From contig MFQC01000003.1 in the NCBI GenBank assembly GCA_001784285.1, positions 144,159 through 208,158 on the forward strand: DNA of 64,000 bases, given 5' to 3'. The notes beneath the pieces are model-generated. The model saw only the letters and a program-made list of their open reading frames with translations, did no database searches and had not been told where the DNA came from. Source of the stretch: Candidatus Magasanikbacteria bacterium RIFCSPHIGHO2_02_FULL_48_18 (GTDB lineage: Bacteria > Patescibacteriota > Patescibacteriia > Magasanikbacterales > UBA922). Below are positions 11,180 through 20,480 of the stretch, one piece after another; the first letter of the stretch is position 1, and each line of letters opens with the position of its first letter. The position numbers and the translations under genes are program-made.

Positions 11180-11214
11180 ACATAGACTTAATAATTATTG
11201 CGTTAAATACATTT

Positions 11215-12048
11215 TTATATTGCTCTATCGCCCATAACCCGAGAAATTCCTGCAATATGATCGTTTTCATTCAAGCTATCCAGCCGTTCCATGTCGTCGT
11301 CAACAAGAGAAAAATCAAAAATAGTGATATTTTCTTTCATCCTTTCTTTGCTTGTGGTCTTTGGAAGACATACCGCGCCATGCTGAATTCCCCACCGCAA
11401 AAGAATCTGTGCTGGCGTCTTTTCATACCGTTTGGCGATGGATGCCACGCGTGGGTCGGCGATCCGTTTGCCATGAGTGAGCGGCGTGTGGGCTTCGAGC
11501 ACAATGCCCTTTGATTGACAGTATGCCAACAGTGCTTTCCTGTACAAAAAAGGATGGAATTCCACCTGATTCACTGCGGGAACGCTCCCATGATTTTCAA
11601 CAAGCGATTCAATGTCATGAACAGAAAAATTACTTACCCCGATAGCTTTAGCATATCCCTTTTTCTGTATTCTTTCAAATATGTTCCAAACAGTCTTTGT
11701 CCTCATAAAGGGCCAGTGAATGAGATACAAATCCACATAGTCCGTACCCAGCTTTTTGAGACTCTGAAAAAACGCACGTTCAATACTCAACAATCGGAAC
11801 GGATGCAATTTTGTCGTGATAAAAAATTCTTCCCGAGGGATTCCACTCTTTCGTATCGCTTTCCCCAGCGACTGTTCATTGCCATAAAACGCCGCTGTAT
11901 CAAAGAGACGATACCCAACCTCAAGAGCCTCTCTCACCACTTTTTCCGCTTTAATGCCGTTTGGTATTTTATATAAGCCAAAACCAAGAACCGGCATACT
12001 ATCGCCCGTACGGAGTGTTTTTACTTTTGAAAAAACCAAAGAAACCAT
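11215..12048 (-). CDS. Aldo/keto reductase family oxidoreductase.
   Basis: MPVLGFGLYKIP...FDTAAFYGNE...LIHWP are AKR signature segments. 277 aa. Confidence 0.75.
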   Translation of the reverse strand: MVSLVFSKVKTLRTGDSMPVLGFGLYKIPNGIKAEKVVREALEVGYRLFDTAAFYGNEQSLGKAIRKSGIPREEFFITTKLHPFRLLSIERAFFQSLKKLGTDYVDLYLIHWPFMRTKTVWNIFERIQKKGYAKAIGVSNFSVHDIESLVENHGSVPAVNQVEFHPFLYRKALLAYCQSKGIVLEAHTPLTHGKRIADPRVASIAKRYEKTPAQILLRWGIQHGAVCLPKTTSKERMKENITIFDFSLVDDDMERLDSLNENDHIAGISRVMGDRAI

Positions 12049-12112
12049 ATCGTCAAACCCCTTCTTTTTCTATCATATCAAAATAGTCCGAATGGTCAAA
12101 TCACGCATATTA

Positions 12113-12144
12113 AAAACGCGCCAAAACGATAATTGGCGCGTTTT
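12113..12144 (-). terminator. Rho-independent terminator hairpin with U-runs on both strands; it probably terminates tRNA-Ser.
   Basis: aaaacgcgcc-aaaacgataatt-ggcgcgtttt. Stem of about 10 bp flanked by T-runs on both sides. Confidence 0.5.
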
Positions 12145-12237
12145 ATTGAGAGTTTGTCCTTTTATAGACTAATCACTGGACCACACGGCTGAAAAAAAAT
12201 GATGATTGTAGAACTTTTTGGCATATCCCGATGAGAG

Positions 12238-12322
12238 CGGAGAGGACAGGATTCGAACCTGCGGTACCTTTCGATACACACGCTTTCCAAGCGTGCTCCT
12301 TAAACCACTCGGACACCTCTCC
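12238..12322 (-). tRNA. tRNA-Ser, anticodon GGA.
   Basis: Reverse complement GGAGAGGTGTCCGAG...CACGC-TTGGAAA-GCGTG...long variable arm GTATC-GAAA-GGTAC...GCAGG-TTCGAAT-CCTGT-CCTCTCC-G. Full cloverleaf with a Ser-type long variable arm. CCA is not encoded. Confidence 0.8.
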
Positions 12323-12340
12323 GCTCCTACCGGGAACATG

Positions 12341-12673
12341 TTATCTGTTTTGCCGCGCGGCAAATCCAAACTGCGTAAAATACGCATCCAGCCGCTCCGG
12401 CGTATCATACGGATGCTCATCATAAAACAACGAACAAAAAGATTCTCTCGCTCTGGTCAATTCCTGTCTTCTCACGCCATGCCAGCGGCTGTCGCCAATC
12501 GTTAAGTCTAAAAGTTCCAAGGCCCGATCCAACGAAGAAGCAAATCGTTTCATATCGTTTTTTTTAAAAAAAAGAATCGCACGATGGACTTCGCTTCCCA
12601 CATTTCCAAGCTGTTCAGAAAGAGAAAATTCCTGCCATCTGCCCCCGGCGAGTGATTGGTGTATCGGCAACAT
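12341..12673 (-). CDS. Hypothetical 110-aa protein of unknown function.
   Basis: ORF with no recognisable motif, separated by 10 nt from the next small gene. Possibly a two-gene module with it. Confidence 0.4.
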   Translation of the reverse strand: MLPIHQSLAGGRWQEFSLSEQLGNVGSEVHRAILFFKKNDMKRFASSLDRALELLDLTIGDSRWHGVRRQELTRARESFCSLFYDEHPYDTPERLDAYFTQFGFAARQNR

Positions 12674-12682
12674 ACATTCTCA

Positions 12683-13033
12683 TTATGGAATCAATTGTTT
12701 TACTATGGAAAGAATTTTGTCTCGTATTTCAGCATCTTCCACATTCCGCGAACGGTTCCCCTGCCGCGGCCGTATGTTGATCATTGAATCAAATTCCACT
12801 GACTGTTCGCGAGCAGGATCAATATAAATGTTGATCCCCCACAAATGTTCTTGTTTTGCGCCTTTTTCCAAAAGCGCCGCTTCTTCATCAGCATGAAGTT
12901 CTCCCCCCAATGCCATAACCGCGCCTTCAATGTCCACCACCGCTTTTACCATGTCACCAAACCGCTCCTCGGCAAGGGTTTGAAGAAATTCTTTCGTGAT
13001 TGGCCTGTCTATAATATAAATCATAGGCGACAA
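12683..13033 (-). CDS. Conserved hypothetical small protein, DUF5674-like (common in Patescibacteria).
   Basis: MSPMIYIIDRPITKEFLQTLAEERFGDMVKAVVDIEGAVMALGGELHADEEAALLEKGAKQEHLWGINIYID...FDSMINIRPRQGNRSRNVEDAEIRDKIL matches my recollection of this family. Family assignment is from memory. Confidence 0.45.
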   Translation of the reverse strand: MSPMIYIIDRPITKEFLQTLAEERFGDMVKAVVDIEGAVMALGGELHADEEAALLEKGAKQEHLWGINIYIDPAREQSVEFDSMINIRPRQGNRSRNVEDAEIRDKILSIVKQLIP

Positions 13034-13064
13034 TTGATGTTGACAGCCGAGAATAGGCTATTGG

Positions 13065-13844
13065 TCAATTGTTAATGGTTAGTTGTTGGTTTGTTTTTTT
13101 AAAAAACACACGCAAACCAACGGCCGCCATGAGAATAGCAAAATATTGCGCCGGCGTCAAACCGGCATACCGCGCGTCGGCGCCAATAATGTCCGTCGCC
13201 CTGAAAAAATCCAAAATAAAACGCAACACACCATAATACATAAACAAAATGCCCAAAAACCAGCCATCCGGTTTATGTTTTTTTCTGGAAAAGAAAAAGA
13301 GAAATGCAAGCGGAAGAAGCCCAAGGATTTCCAAGAAGGCCATGTCAAGCCGCGGCTGGTCCGGTCCGCCAATCGCCAAAAAAAAATTGCATGGCCTGCC
13401 CAAGTGATCATGAATCATAAAACAGCCAATTCTTCCCACGATCCATCCAAAAACACTGGCAAACGCCAAGAGGTCGCCAATACAAGGCCACAAGGTCTCT
13501 CTGATGTTTTTTCTTTTTAAAAACCAGAAAAACGCAAACGCCGCGCCAAAAAAACCGCCGAATGAAGAAAGCCCCCCCTCCCAGATAAAAAAAACCCGCG
13601 CCGGATCGTCTGCGTATGACGAAAACTCATAAAACAAAACATGAAAGAGCCTCGCGCCGATCATGCCAAACACCAGCATCCAAAACACAAGATCAGCCAT
13701 GTCTTCTTTTTTTTGATGAAATGAGCTGGCGTATTTCCAAATCAATCTCATGCTCAACAGCATGCCGAGCGCAACAAAAAACCCCCACACCCTGAGAGGC
13801 ACCGGGCCAAGATACACGGTCGTCCATTGGAACCAAGGGATCAT
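13065..13844 (-). CDS. lgt: Prolipoprotein diacylglyceryl transferase.
   Basis: Polytopic protein with the Lgt signature GARLFHVLFYE...FIWEGGLSSFGG...GRIGCFM. 259 aa. Confidence 0.85.
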   Translation of the reverse strand: MIPWFQWTTVYLGPVPLRVWGFFVALGMLLSMRLIWKYASSFHQKKEDMADLVFWMLVFGMIGARLFHVLFYEFSSYADDPARVFFIWEGGLSSFGGFFGAAFAFFWFLKRKNIRETLWPCIGDLLAFASVFGWIVGRIGCFMIHDHLGRPCNFFLAIGGPDQPRLDMAFLEILGLLPLAFLFFFSRKKHKPDGWFLGILFMYYGVLRFILDFFRATDIIGADARYAGLTPAQYFAILMAAVGLRVFFKKTNQQLTINN

Positions 13845-13857
13845 ATACAGAATGCCG

Positions 13858-15216
13858 CTATGTAATCACCTCGTAATCCTCAAGCACGCGAACCAAATTG
13901 GTTTCATGATCCACAATTTGATACAATTCGTCGTCTTCCGACTCAATGGTTTCAAAGTTGTGCACAAATATCTTTTTAACGTATGCGTGGAGCGGCTTCC
14001 AAAAGGAGTGATCCAAAAGCAAAATGGGGATTTTTTCCATTTTTTTTGTTTGGATCAACGTTAAAATTTCAAATAGCTGATGCATGGTTCCCAAACCCCC
14101 GGGGAAAATAAGAAAGGCTTTTGTCGGCGAGGTGACAATAAGCTTCCTTGTAAACGGAAAAGAAAACAGGATGGATTTGTTTAAATACGGATTCATGTCC
14201 GTTTTTTGCCCGACGCGCATGCCAATGCCAACCGACAGTCCACCGTGTTCAAACGCTCCCTTGTTTGCCGCCTCGGCAATTCCTTTTTTTCCTCCCGTAA
14301 TCACCGGATATCCTTTTTGCGCAAACGCGGCGCCCGCGTCGTACGCGGCCATATAGTACGGATTCGCCGCTTCGATGCTTTTTGTCCCCAAAACCGTGAC
14401 GCCCCCGACAATGCCCGTAATAAACTCCAAACCCTCGACGAGTTCGGCCATAATACGAAACAGTTTCCAGTCGATATTGCCTTCACAATGAAAACTGTTG
14501 GGGGAAATATCGCACACTGGCATTTCCTGATGAACATCTTTCAAAAAAACAAACGCTTCTTCTGCCGTGTCAACCACATGCCAAGACGCAATCATATCAT
14601 TTTCGACAGATCCAATAACGACGCACGACGCTCGAAGAAAATCAATCAAAGGCTGCCAAAAATCTTTGCCCACCAAAACCACGGGCGAGCGCGGCATCAT
14701 GCCGAGTTCCATAAGGTCAACCACTTCAAAAAATTCGTCCATGGTGCCAAATCCGCCCGGGAAAAAAACAAATGCGTTTGCCGGGGAGGTCAACATCACT
14801 TTGCGGGTAAAGAAATAGTTGAACGACGCGGACTTTTGGACATACGGGTTTACAACTTGTTCAAAGGGCAACTGGATATTCAACCCAACCGACTGGCCGC
14901 CGGCCTCTGCCGCGCCTTTGTTTGCCGCCTCCATAATACCGGGGCCCCCGCCGGTAATAACCGTAAAACCATTTTTTGCAAGTAATTTTCCCAATTGCTC
15001 AGCGACGTGATAGTGCGGATCGCTTGACTTTAGCCGCGCAGACCCAAAAATCGTCACTTCACTCTCAAATTGCGTTAAAAATTGGTATCCTTCAACCAAT
15101 TCCGCCATGATGCGGAAAATTCTCCACGGCTCCCGATAATCCCCAAGCTCTTTTGCGGCGGAGCCAAAGCTCTGCTTTGCCTGTTCCTGCATTTTTTGTA
15201 TATGTTCCAGTCTCAT
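13858..15216 (-). CDS. Protein with two tandem LOG-family (TIGR00730 / lysine-decarboxylase-like) domains. The likely start is the internal Met (MRLEHIQK) at about 15216.
   Basis: Domain 1 has TGGGPGIMEAANKGA and PGGFGTMDEFFE. Domain 2 has TGGKKGIAEAANKGA and PGGLGTMHQLFE. Each domain carries a complete LOG motif set. Confidence 0.7.
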   Translation of the reverse strand: MRLEHIQKMQEQAKQSFGSAAKELGDYREPWRIFRIMAELVEGYQFLTQFESEVTIFGSARLKSSDPHYHVAEQLGKLLAKNGFTVITGGGPGIMEAANKGAAEAGGQSVGLNIQLPFEQVVNPYVQKSASFNYFFTRKVMLTSPANAFVFFPGGFGTMDEFFEVVDLMELGMMPRSPVVLVGKDFWQPLIDFLRASCVVIGSVENDMIASWHVVDTAEEAFVFLKDVHQEMPVCDISPNSFHCEGNIDWKLFRIMAELVEGLEFITGIVGGVTVLGTKSIEAANPYYMAAYDAGAAFAQKGYPVITGGKKGIAEAANKGAFEHGGLSVGIGMRVGQKTDMNPYLNKSILFSFPFTRKLIVTSPTKAFLIFPGGLGTMHQLFEILTLIQTKKMEKIPILLLDHSFWKPLHAYVKKIFVHNFETIESEDDELYQIVDHETNLVRVLEDYEVIT

Positions 15217-15235
15217 AGAGAAAATAAAGAAATGG

Positions 15236-15733
15236 CTAACGATTTCTGTGTCTTCCTTCCGCGTGGCGCCGTTTTTTGTCGTCCCGCTCTCGCTGAATTT
15301 CTTGTCGCCAGGCATCAATCATTTCTGCTTTTCGTTTTTCAAGAATACCGCGCAAATATGCTGTTTCCGCATTGTGTTTTTGTTCCATCACGGTTTGCAA
15401 AAATGCAAAAACCCTCTTTTTTGTTTCACTATATGTTGCACCAAGCGTCTCCGCTATATCATGGATAATGTCGTCATACGGCGTTCCTCCCGCTCGAACG
15501 CGTGCGGCATCTGCCTCATGCCGAAGGGACCCGAGCATGGCGCTGTATTCTTCGCGCAGACGAGCTAATAAAAACGGCACGGCATAATTTTGTTCCTGGT
15601 CGGCAATTTCGTTGGCGCGCGCAAAAACGCGCTCATGGATCGCCTCGCGCGACAGTCCGGTTGCTTTTGTCATTTCATCAATAATGCCATCAAATGGAGT
15701 CACACCTCTTCCTTTGTGGGGGTCTCGCGGCAT
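15236..15733 (-). CDS. Hypothetical protein with an internal roughly 60-aa duplication of a possibly HTH-like motif.
   Basis: Repeats GVTPFDGIIDEMTKATGLSREAIHERVFA and GGTPYDDIIHDIAETLGATYSETKKRVFA. Basic C-terminal tail. Confidence 0.4.
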   Translation of the reverse strand: MPRDPHKGRGVTPFDGIIDEMTKATGLSREAIHERVFARANEIADQEQNYAVPFLLARLREEYSAMLGSLRHEADAARVRAGGTPYDDIIHDIAETLGATYSETKKRVFAFLQTVMEQKHNAETAYLRGILEKRKAEMIDAWRQEIQRERDDKKRRHAEGRHRNR

Positions 15734-15741
15734 ACGCCAAT

Positions 15742-17175
15742 TTACGTCAAGGACAAATGGTGTGCAAAATGAAATACTGTTGACTCGTCAAGCCGTTTGC
15801 CGATAATTTGCATGCCCACCGGCAATCCGCCTTTCGTATTTCCCACAGGAACAGAAAGCCCTGGGAGGCCGGCAAGCGAGGCCGGTGCGGCAAAAATATC
15901 GGCAAGATACATGGCTAAGACATCATGTGTTTTTTCACCAACGCCAAAAGCGGGAAATGGAGATGTCGGAGTGACCAAAAGATCCACGTCATGAAACACG
16001 CGATCAAAATCTTGGCACAAAAGCGTCCGCACTTTTTGCGCTTTTCGATAATACGCGTCGTAGTACCCGGCAGAGAGCGCATACGTGCCAATCATAATCC
16101 GTCTTTTCACTTCTTCCGGAAAGCCAGCCGCTCTTGATTCTGCATACGTATCAAAAAGTGTTTCTCCCTGTTTTTGAACGCCATACCGGATGCCATCCAA
16201 ACGGCCAAGATTTGAGCTGTCTTCGCTTGGCACAAGAATATAATAGACAGGGATGGCATATTTTGTATACGGAAGAGACACGCGAGTTAGGGTGTGTCCG
16301 TGCGATTGTATATCGTCAATAGCGCGCAATACGATAGTCCTTGTCTCTTCATCCATGCCTTCGGTTTCAAAATATTCATCTGGAATTCCAACCCGCAAGG
16401 GTGTAAACGGCGCATCGAGATTTTTCACATAGGCGGGGACAGTATCATTCACCGTGGTTGCGTCTTTTGGGTCATGCCCGGCCATCACTTCCATGAGGAG
16501 CGCAATATCTGCAACACTCCGCGCCATGGGTCCGACCGTATCAAGAGAACTCGCCATAGGCATAACGCCATAGCGTGAATTGCGGCCATAACTAGGACGG
16601 AGTCCGTAGATACCGCAAAAACTGGCTGGCTGGCGGATAGAACCGCCGGTATCTTCGGCGATGGAAAAAAGAGACATGCCCGTTGCGACCGAAACGGCAG
16701 AGCCGCCTGACGACCCGCCCGACACTTTGGTTTCGTCATACGGATTGCGAACCGGACCATACATGGAATTTTCATTGCTTGCCCCATGGCCAAACGCGTC
16801 ACAATTTGTCTTTCCAACCAAAACGGCTCCGGCAGAACGAATTTTTTGTACGACGGTTGCGTCAAATGGAGGCACATACGTATCAAGAATTTTCGCAGAG
16901 CCGGTTGATCGTATCCCTCGCGTGCAAATGGCATCTTTGACAGAAAAAGGAATACCGGTAAGCCGTGCGTGTCTTCCTTTCGCAATAAGGTCGTCTGCGG
17001 CTTGCGCTTCTCCCATGGCGCTTTCTTCACACACCGTCATAAACGCGTTGAGTGATGCGTTTTTCTTTTTCAGAATATCAAAACAATGGTGCGTCAACTC
17101 AACGGAAGAAAACACTTTTTTTTGAAGGCCTGCGCTTGCCTCTTGTATCGTCAGCTCGCGGGGTATCATACGCAT
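15742..17175 (-). CDS. gatA: Glu-tRNA(Gln)/Asp-tRNA(Asn) amidotransferase subunit A.
   Basis: Amidase signature GGSSGGSAVSVATG. 477 aa. Immediately downstream of gatC. Confidence 0.9.
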   Translation of the reverse strand: MRMIPRELTIQEASAGLQKKVFSSVELTHHCFDILKKKNASLNAFMTVCEESAMGEAQAADDLIAKGRHARLTGIPFSVKDAICTRGIRSTGSAKILDTYVPPFDATVVQKIRSAGAVLVGKTNCDAFGHGASNENSMYGPVRNPYDETKVSGGSSGGSAVSVATGMSLFSIAEDTGGSIRQPASFCGIYGLRPSYGRNSRYGVMPMASSLDTVGPMARSVADIALLMEVMAGHDPKDATTVNDTVPAYVKNLDAPFTPLRVGIPDEYFETEGMDEETRTIVLRAIDDIQSHGHTLTRVSLPYTKYAIPVYYILVPSEDSSNLGRLDGIRYGVQKQGETLFDTYAESRAAGFPEEVKRRIMIGTYALSAGYYDAYYRKAQKVRTLLCQDFDRVFHDVDLLVTPTSPFPAFGVGEKTHDVLAMYLADIFAAPASLAGLPGLSVPVGNTKGGLPVGMQIIGKRLDESTVFHFAHHLSLT

Positions 17176-17177
17176 TA

Positions 17178-17489
17178 TTATTCTTTAAATCGATCATCCT
17201 GAAACACGGCTTTTACCTGAAGAAGATGCCCAATTTTTGATGGAAATTGATTCAGGAGCGCCTGTCTCACGGTGTCATCGCATGCCGCGGCGACATCTTC
17301 CCGAACCGTGTTTTTAAGGCCAGTCACCTGGGTGGTTTCGGGTATTCCTTCAGTATCGACTTCGTTGAGCATCGCAATATACTCCAAAACAACCGACAGT
17401 TCTGTCGCGTATCGCTCTTTTTCTTGGTCCGTGAGCTCCAAGCGAGCCAGCCGGGCAATTTGTTCAATTTCACGAGAAGTAAGTTGCAT
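17178..17489 (-). CDS. gatC: Glu-tRNA(Gln) amidotransferase subunit C.
   Basis: 103 aa. MQLTSREIEQIARLARLELTDQEKE is a typical GatC N-terminus. Tightly coupled to gatA. Confidence 0.8.
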   Translation of the reverse strand: MQLTSREIEQIARLARLELTDQEKERYATELSVVLEYIAMLNEVDTEGIPETTQVTGLKNTVREDVAAACDDTVRQALLNQFPSKIGHLLQVKAVFQDDRFKE

Positions 17490-17578
17490 ACATGTTCATT
17501 ATTGGTTATTCATCCGCGAGACTCTCGCCAGAGAATACCAAAAAAGGAGAAGCCTGACAAGTAAAAAAGAAATCAAAA

Positions 17579-19612
17579 TCAACGAAATAGGCGCAAAAAT
17601 TCTTCTTCTGAAAGCACCCGGATACCCAGCGCTTTTGCTTTATCGAATTTACTCCCCGGATGTTCTCCGACAACAACATAGTCCGTCTTTGCGCTCACCG
17701 ACCCGGAAGCCAGGCCGCCAAGAGAACGGATTTTTTCTTTTGCCTCGTCACGAGATATGGAGGACAATGTTCCCGTTAAAACAAACGTTTTCCCGGAAAA
17801 TGGAAGCGCCTGACGTTGTTTTTTTTCCAATTCAATGGTGACTCCATTTTTTTGAAGGGTTGTAATAAAAATTTTTTGTTTTGGATCATGAAAAAACGCA
17901 AAAAGCGCCTCGGCGACACGCGGACCAACATCCGGAACTTCTTCGAGCGATGCCACATCCGAAGCCATGAGCGCATTGAGCGATCCAAAATGCTGTGCCA
18001 GCCGGAACGCGGTTTCTTCGCCAACATGGGCAATACCGAGTCCAAAAATAAATCGGGGCAATGAAATGACCTTGGCTTCTTGTATGGCCTCAATAAGATT
18101 CGCCGCCGATTTTTCCGCGAACCGCTCCAACGGTTCAAGATCGCCCTGCCGCAAGGTAAAAATATCCGCAGCATTTTTTATCAGCCCTTCATCAATCAGT
18201 TGTTCAACAATTTTTTCTCCCAAACCATCTATATCAAACGCTTTTTTCGAAACAAAATGAATGATTTTCTCCTTTTCCTGCGCATAACAGGTTCGATTGG
18301 CGCAAAATAACGCGGCAGACTTTCCTTGTTTTTTGTCGAGAATATCCCGCTGTGCCACGGAAGACGAACAAATGGGGCACCGAGTAGGGCGAGAAATTTT
18401 TTTTTCTTTCCCGGTTCTCATTTTTGGCAATACGCGAACCACTTTTGGAATAATATCTCCGGCTTTTTCCACCACGACCGTGTCGCCAACCCGCACGTCA
18501 AGACGCGCTATTTCATCAAAATTATGAAGGGTTGCGTGCGTTACCGTCGTCCCCGCAAGACGAACCGGCTCCATAAGCGCAACAGGCGTCAAAGCGCCGG
18601 TCCGCCCCACCTGGACATACACATCCGTAATTGTCGTTGTTCCTTGTTCTGCGGGAAATTTCAACGCAATGGCCCAGCGAGGAGCTTTGCCGGTATACCC
18701 CAATATATCTTGGTATTTTTTTTGATTCACTTTGACGACGACGCCATCAATCCAAAATGGCTGACTGTGTTTTTTCTTCTGCCACTCCTGCCAAAATGCA
18801 ATAATATCTCCTATCGTTTTTGCTTCTTTCCAGTGGGTATCCGTGGAAAAACCTAGCCGGCGTAGGATAGTTAATTCTTCTCTCTGGGAAGCAATATGCC
18901 CGCCCCATGAAATATCATACACGGTCAAAGACAGTTTTCGCCCTGCGACAATTTTTGGATCGAGCTGGCGGATGGTTCCTGCCGCCGCGTTTCGCGGATT
19001 CGCAAATAATGCTTCCCCCGCTTTTTTCCGAGACTGGTTCAACGCGTCAAGCATGGAAGCGCTCATCCACACTTCTCCTTCCACAACCAAATCCAAAGAT
19101 TCTGCCAAACGAAGCGGGACACTTTGAATAGTTTTGATATTTACCGTAACGTTTTCGCCGATCACGCCGTCTCCCCTTGTCGCCGCCGTCTCTAACAATC
19201 CTTTTGCATAGGTCAATACGATATGAAGCCCGTCAATTTTCAATTCCACCACATACGAAAGATCGGACGGCCTGTGTCCAAGCCGCTTGTGCAGGAGTTT
19301 CATAATCCGCTCTTCCCAGTCAATAAGATCGGCTTTGTCAAACGCATCCTGAAACGACCACTGTGGCACCGCATGGCGCACTTTTTCAAATTTTTCAAGC
19401 GGCGTCCCTGCTATGCGCTGTGTGGGTGAATCCGGAGTCAAAAATTCCGGGTGTTGCGTTTCAATTTTTCGAAGTTCATCCATGAGCCCGTCATACATCG
19501 CATCCGTAATTTCCGGATCATTGAGCACATGATACCGGTAACGCAGTTCGTCAATTTGTTTTCGAAGACGAGCCGCGCGTGTCTTCATTATTTTTGTATG
19601 TTCCTTCGTCAT
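17579..19612 (-). CDS. ligA: NAD-dependent DNA ligase. The long ORF runs to 19732, but the probable start is the internal Met at 19612.
   Basis: Adenylation, OB, Zn-finger (CPICSS...C), HhH and C-terminal BRCT regions are all recognisable. KxDG adenylation motif (ELKIDG). Confidence 0.9.
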   Translation of the reverse strand: MTKEHTKIMKTRAARLRKQIDELRYRYHVLNDPEITDAMYDGLMDELRKIETQHPEFLTPDSPTQRIAGTPLEKFEKVRHAVPQWSFQDAFDKADLIDWEERIMKLLHKRLGHRPSDLSYVVELKIDGLHIVLTYAKGLLETAATRGDGVIGENVTVNIKTIQSVPLRLAESLDLVVEGEVWMSASMLDALNQSRKKAGEALFANPRNAAAGTIRQLDPKIVAGRKLSLTVYDISWGGHIASQREELTILRRLGFSTDTHWKEAKTIGDIIAFWQEWQKKKHSQPFWIDGVVVKVNQKKYQDILGYTGKAPRWAIALKFPAEQGTTTITDVYVQVGRTGALTPVALMEPVRLAGTTVTHATLHNFDEIARLDVRVGDTVVVEKAGDIIPKVVRVLPKMRTGKEKKISRPTRCPICSSSVAQRDILDKKQGKSAALFCANRTCYAQEKEKIIHFVSKKAFDIDGLGEKIVEQLIDEGLIKNAADIFTLRQGDLEPLERFAEKSAANLIEAIQEAKVISLPRFIFGLGIAHVGEETAFRLAQHFGSLNALMASDVASLEEVPDVGPRVAEALFAFFHDPKQKIFITTLQKNGVTIELEKKQRQALPFSGKTFVLTGTLSSISRDEAKEKIRSLGGLASGSVSAKTDYVVVGEHPGSKFDKAKALGIRVLSEEEFLRLFR

Positions 19613-19637
19613 ACATGAAAAGAAAATCCATATGTTT

Positions 19638-20453
19638 TCATGGTTTTGATATAAAAGAAAAAATAAACCATTGGGTAAACGATGACTGAAAGAAAAAAAC
19701 AACGATCGTCCCCAAAACAAGAAATGGGGCAAAAGGAAGAGTGCCCTGAAGTGTTTTTCTTTTCAAGATAACCAAACACAAGGCACAAAGGCCTCCCACA
19801 ATGTACGAAAGCAAAAGAGCAAAAAGAATCCCCGGCCAGCCAAGAACAACCCCCATAAGAATTCCAAGCCCGATATCTCCACCCCCTACCCATTGACCAT
19901 GGGAAAAAAGATATTGCGCCAAAAACCATCCCCCGCCGACAAGAATGCCAAGGATGAGCGATTCCCACGGAAACCAACCGCGCCAAAGAGAAATACCAAA
20001 GAGCAAACCCGCGGGGACAAACGTGGACCAATAAAAAATTTCTCCATACCATGCGTCGTAAAGAGCAATAAAAAGAAGAAGTAGAAGGAGACAAAATTCA
20101 TACCAAACAATATCCCAACGATATGCAACAGGGAATAACAAACTAACCATAATGCCGACAAATGCAAATGCGACAAGGATTTCGACGATGGGATGAATTT
20201 CAGGGATGGGTGCCTGGCAGAAACGACACTTTCCACGTAAAAGAAAAAAACTGAAAATGGGGATGTTGTCTCTCCAGAGAATGGCTTTCCGGCATGTGCC
20301 GCACGAAGATCTCCCTATACACGGGCTCCTTTTTTCATGAAGACGCACCATGACCACAGCCAAAAAACTGCCAAATGCTCCCCCGACCCAAAATACAAGA
20401 AAAAAAAGAAAAAACCATGCCATACTGTTTCTGACAAACTCCATGAATACCAC
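19638..20453 (-). CDS. pilD: Prepilin peptidase (A24 family leader peptidase / N-methyltransferase).
   Basis: N-terminal CxxC...CxxC Zn motif (CGTCRK...CRFCQ). Polytopic. Conserved GGGD/GLGIL region of A24 peptidases. Confidence 0.75.
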   Translation of the reverse strand: MVFMEFVRNSMAWFFLFFLVFWVGGAFGSFLAVVMVRLHEKRSPCIGRSSCGTCRKAILWRDNIPIFSFFLLRGKCRFCQAPIPEIHPIVEILVAFAFVGIMVSLLFPVAYRWDIVWYEFCLLLLLLFIALYDAWYGEIFYWSTFVPAGLLFGISLWRGWFPWESLILGILVGGGWFLAQYLFSHGQWVGGGDIGLGILMGVVLGWPGILFALLLSYIVGGLCALCLVILKRKTLQGTLPFAPFLVLGTIVVFFFQSSFTQWFIFSFISKP

Positions 20454-20480
20454 AAGTATAGCAAAAAGAAGAAAAATTAT

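Noticed and set aside
12218-12505. Small ORFs overlapping 12231-12425.
   Set aside because: They overlap tRNA-Ser(GGA) and its flanks, so they are non-coding.
14206-14985. 259-aa plus-strand ORF, and several other ORFs in 14084-15010.
   Set aside because: They are antisense to or frame-shifted within the tandem-LOG gene. Their Arg/His-rich junk composition marks them as non-coding frames.
19609-20236. Alternate-frame ORFs inside pilD (161 and 116 aa).
   Set aside because: They are frame-shifted overlaps of a confident A24 peptidase gene.
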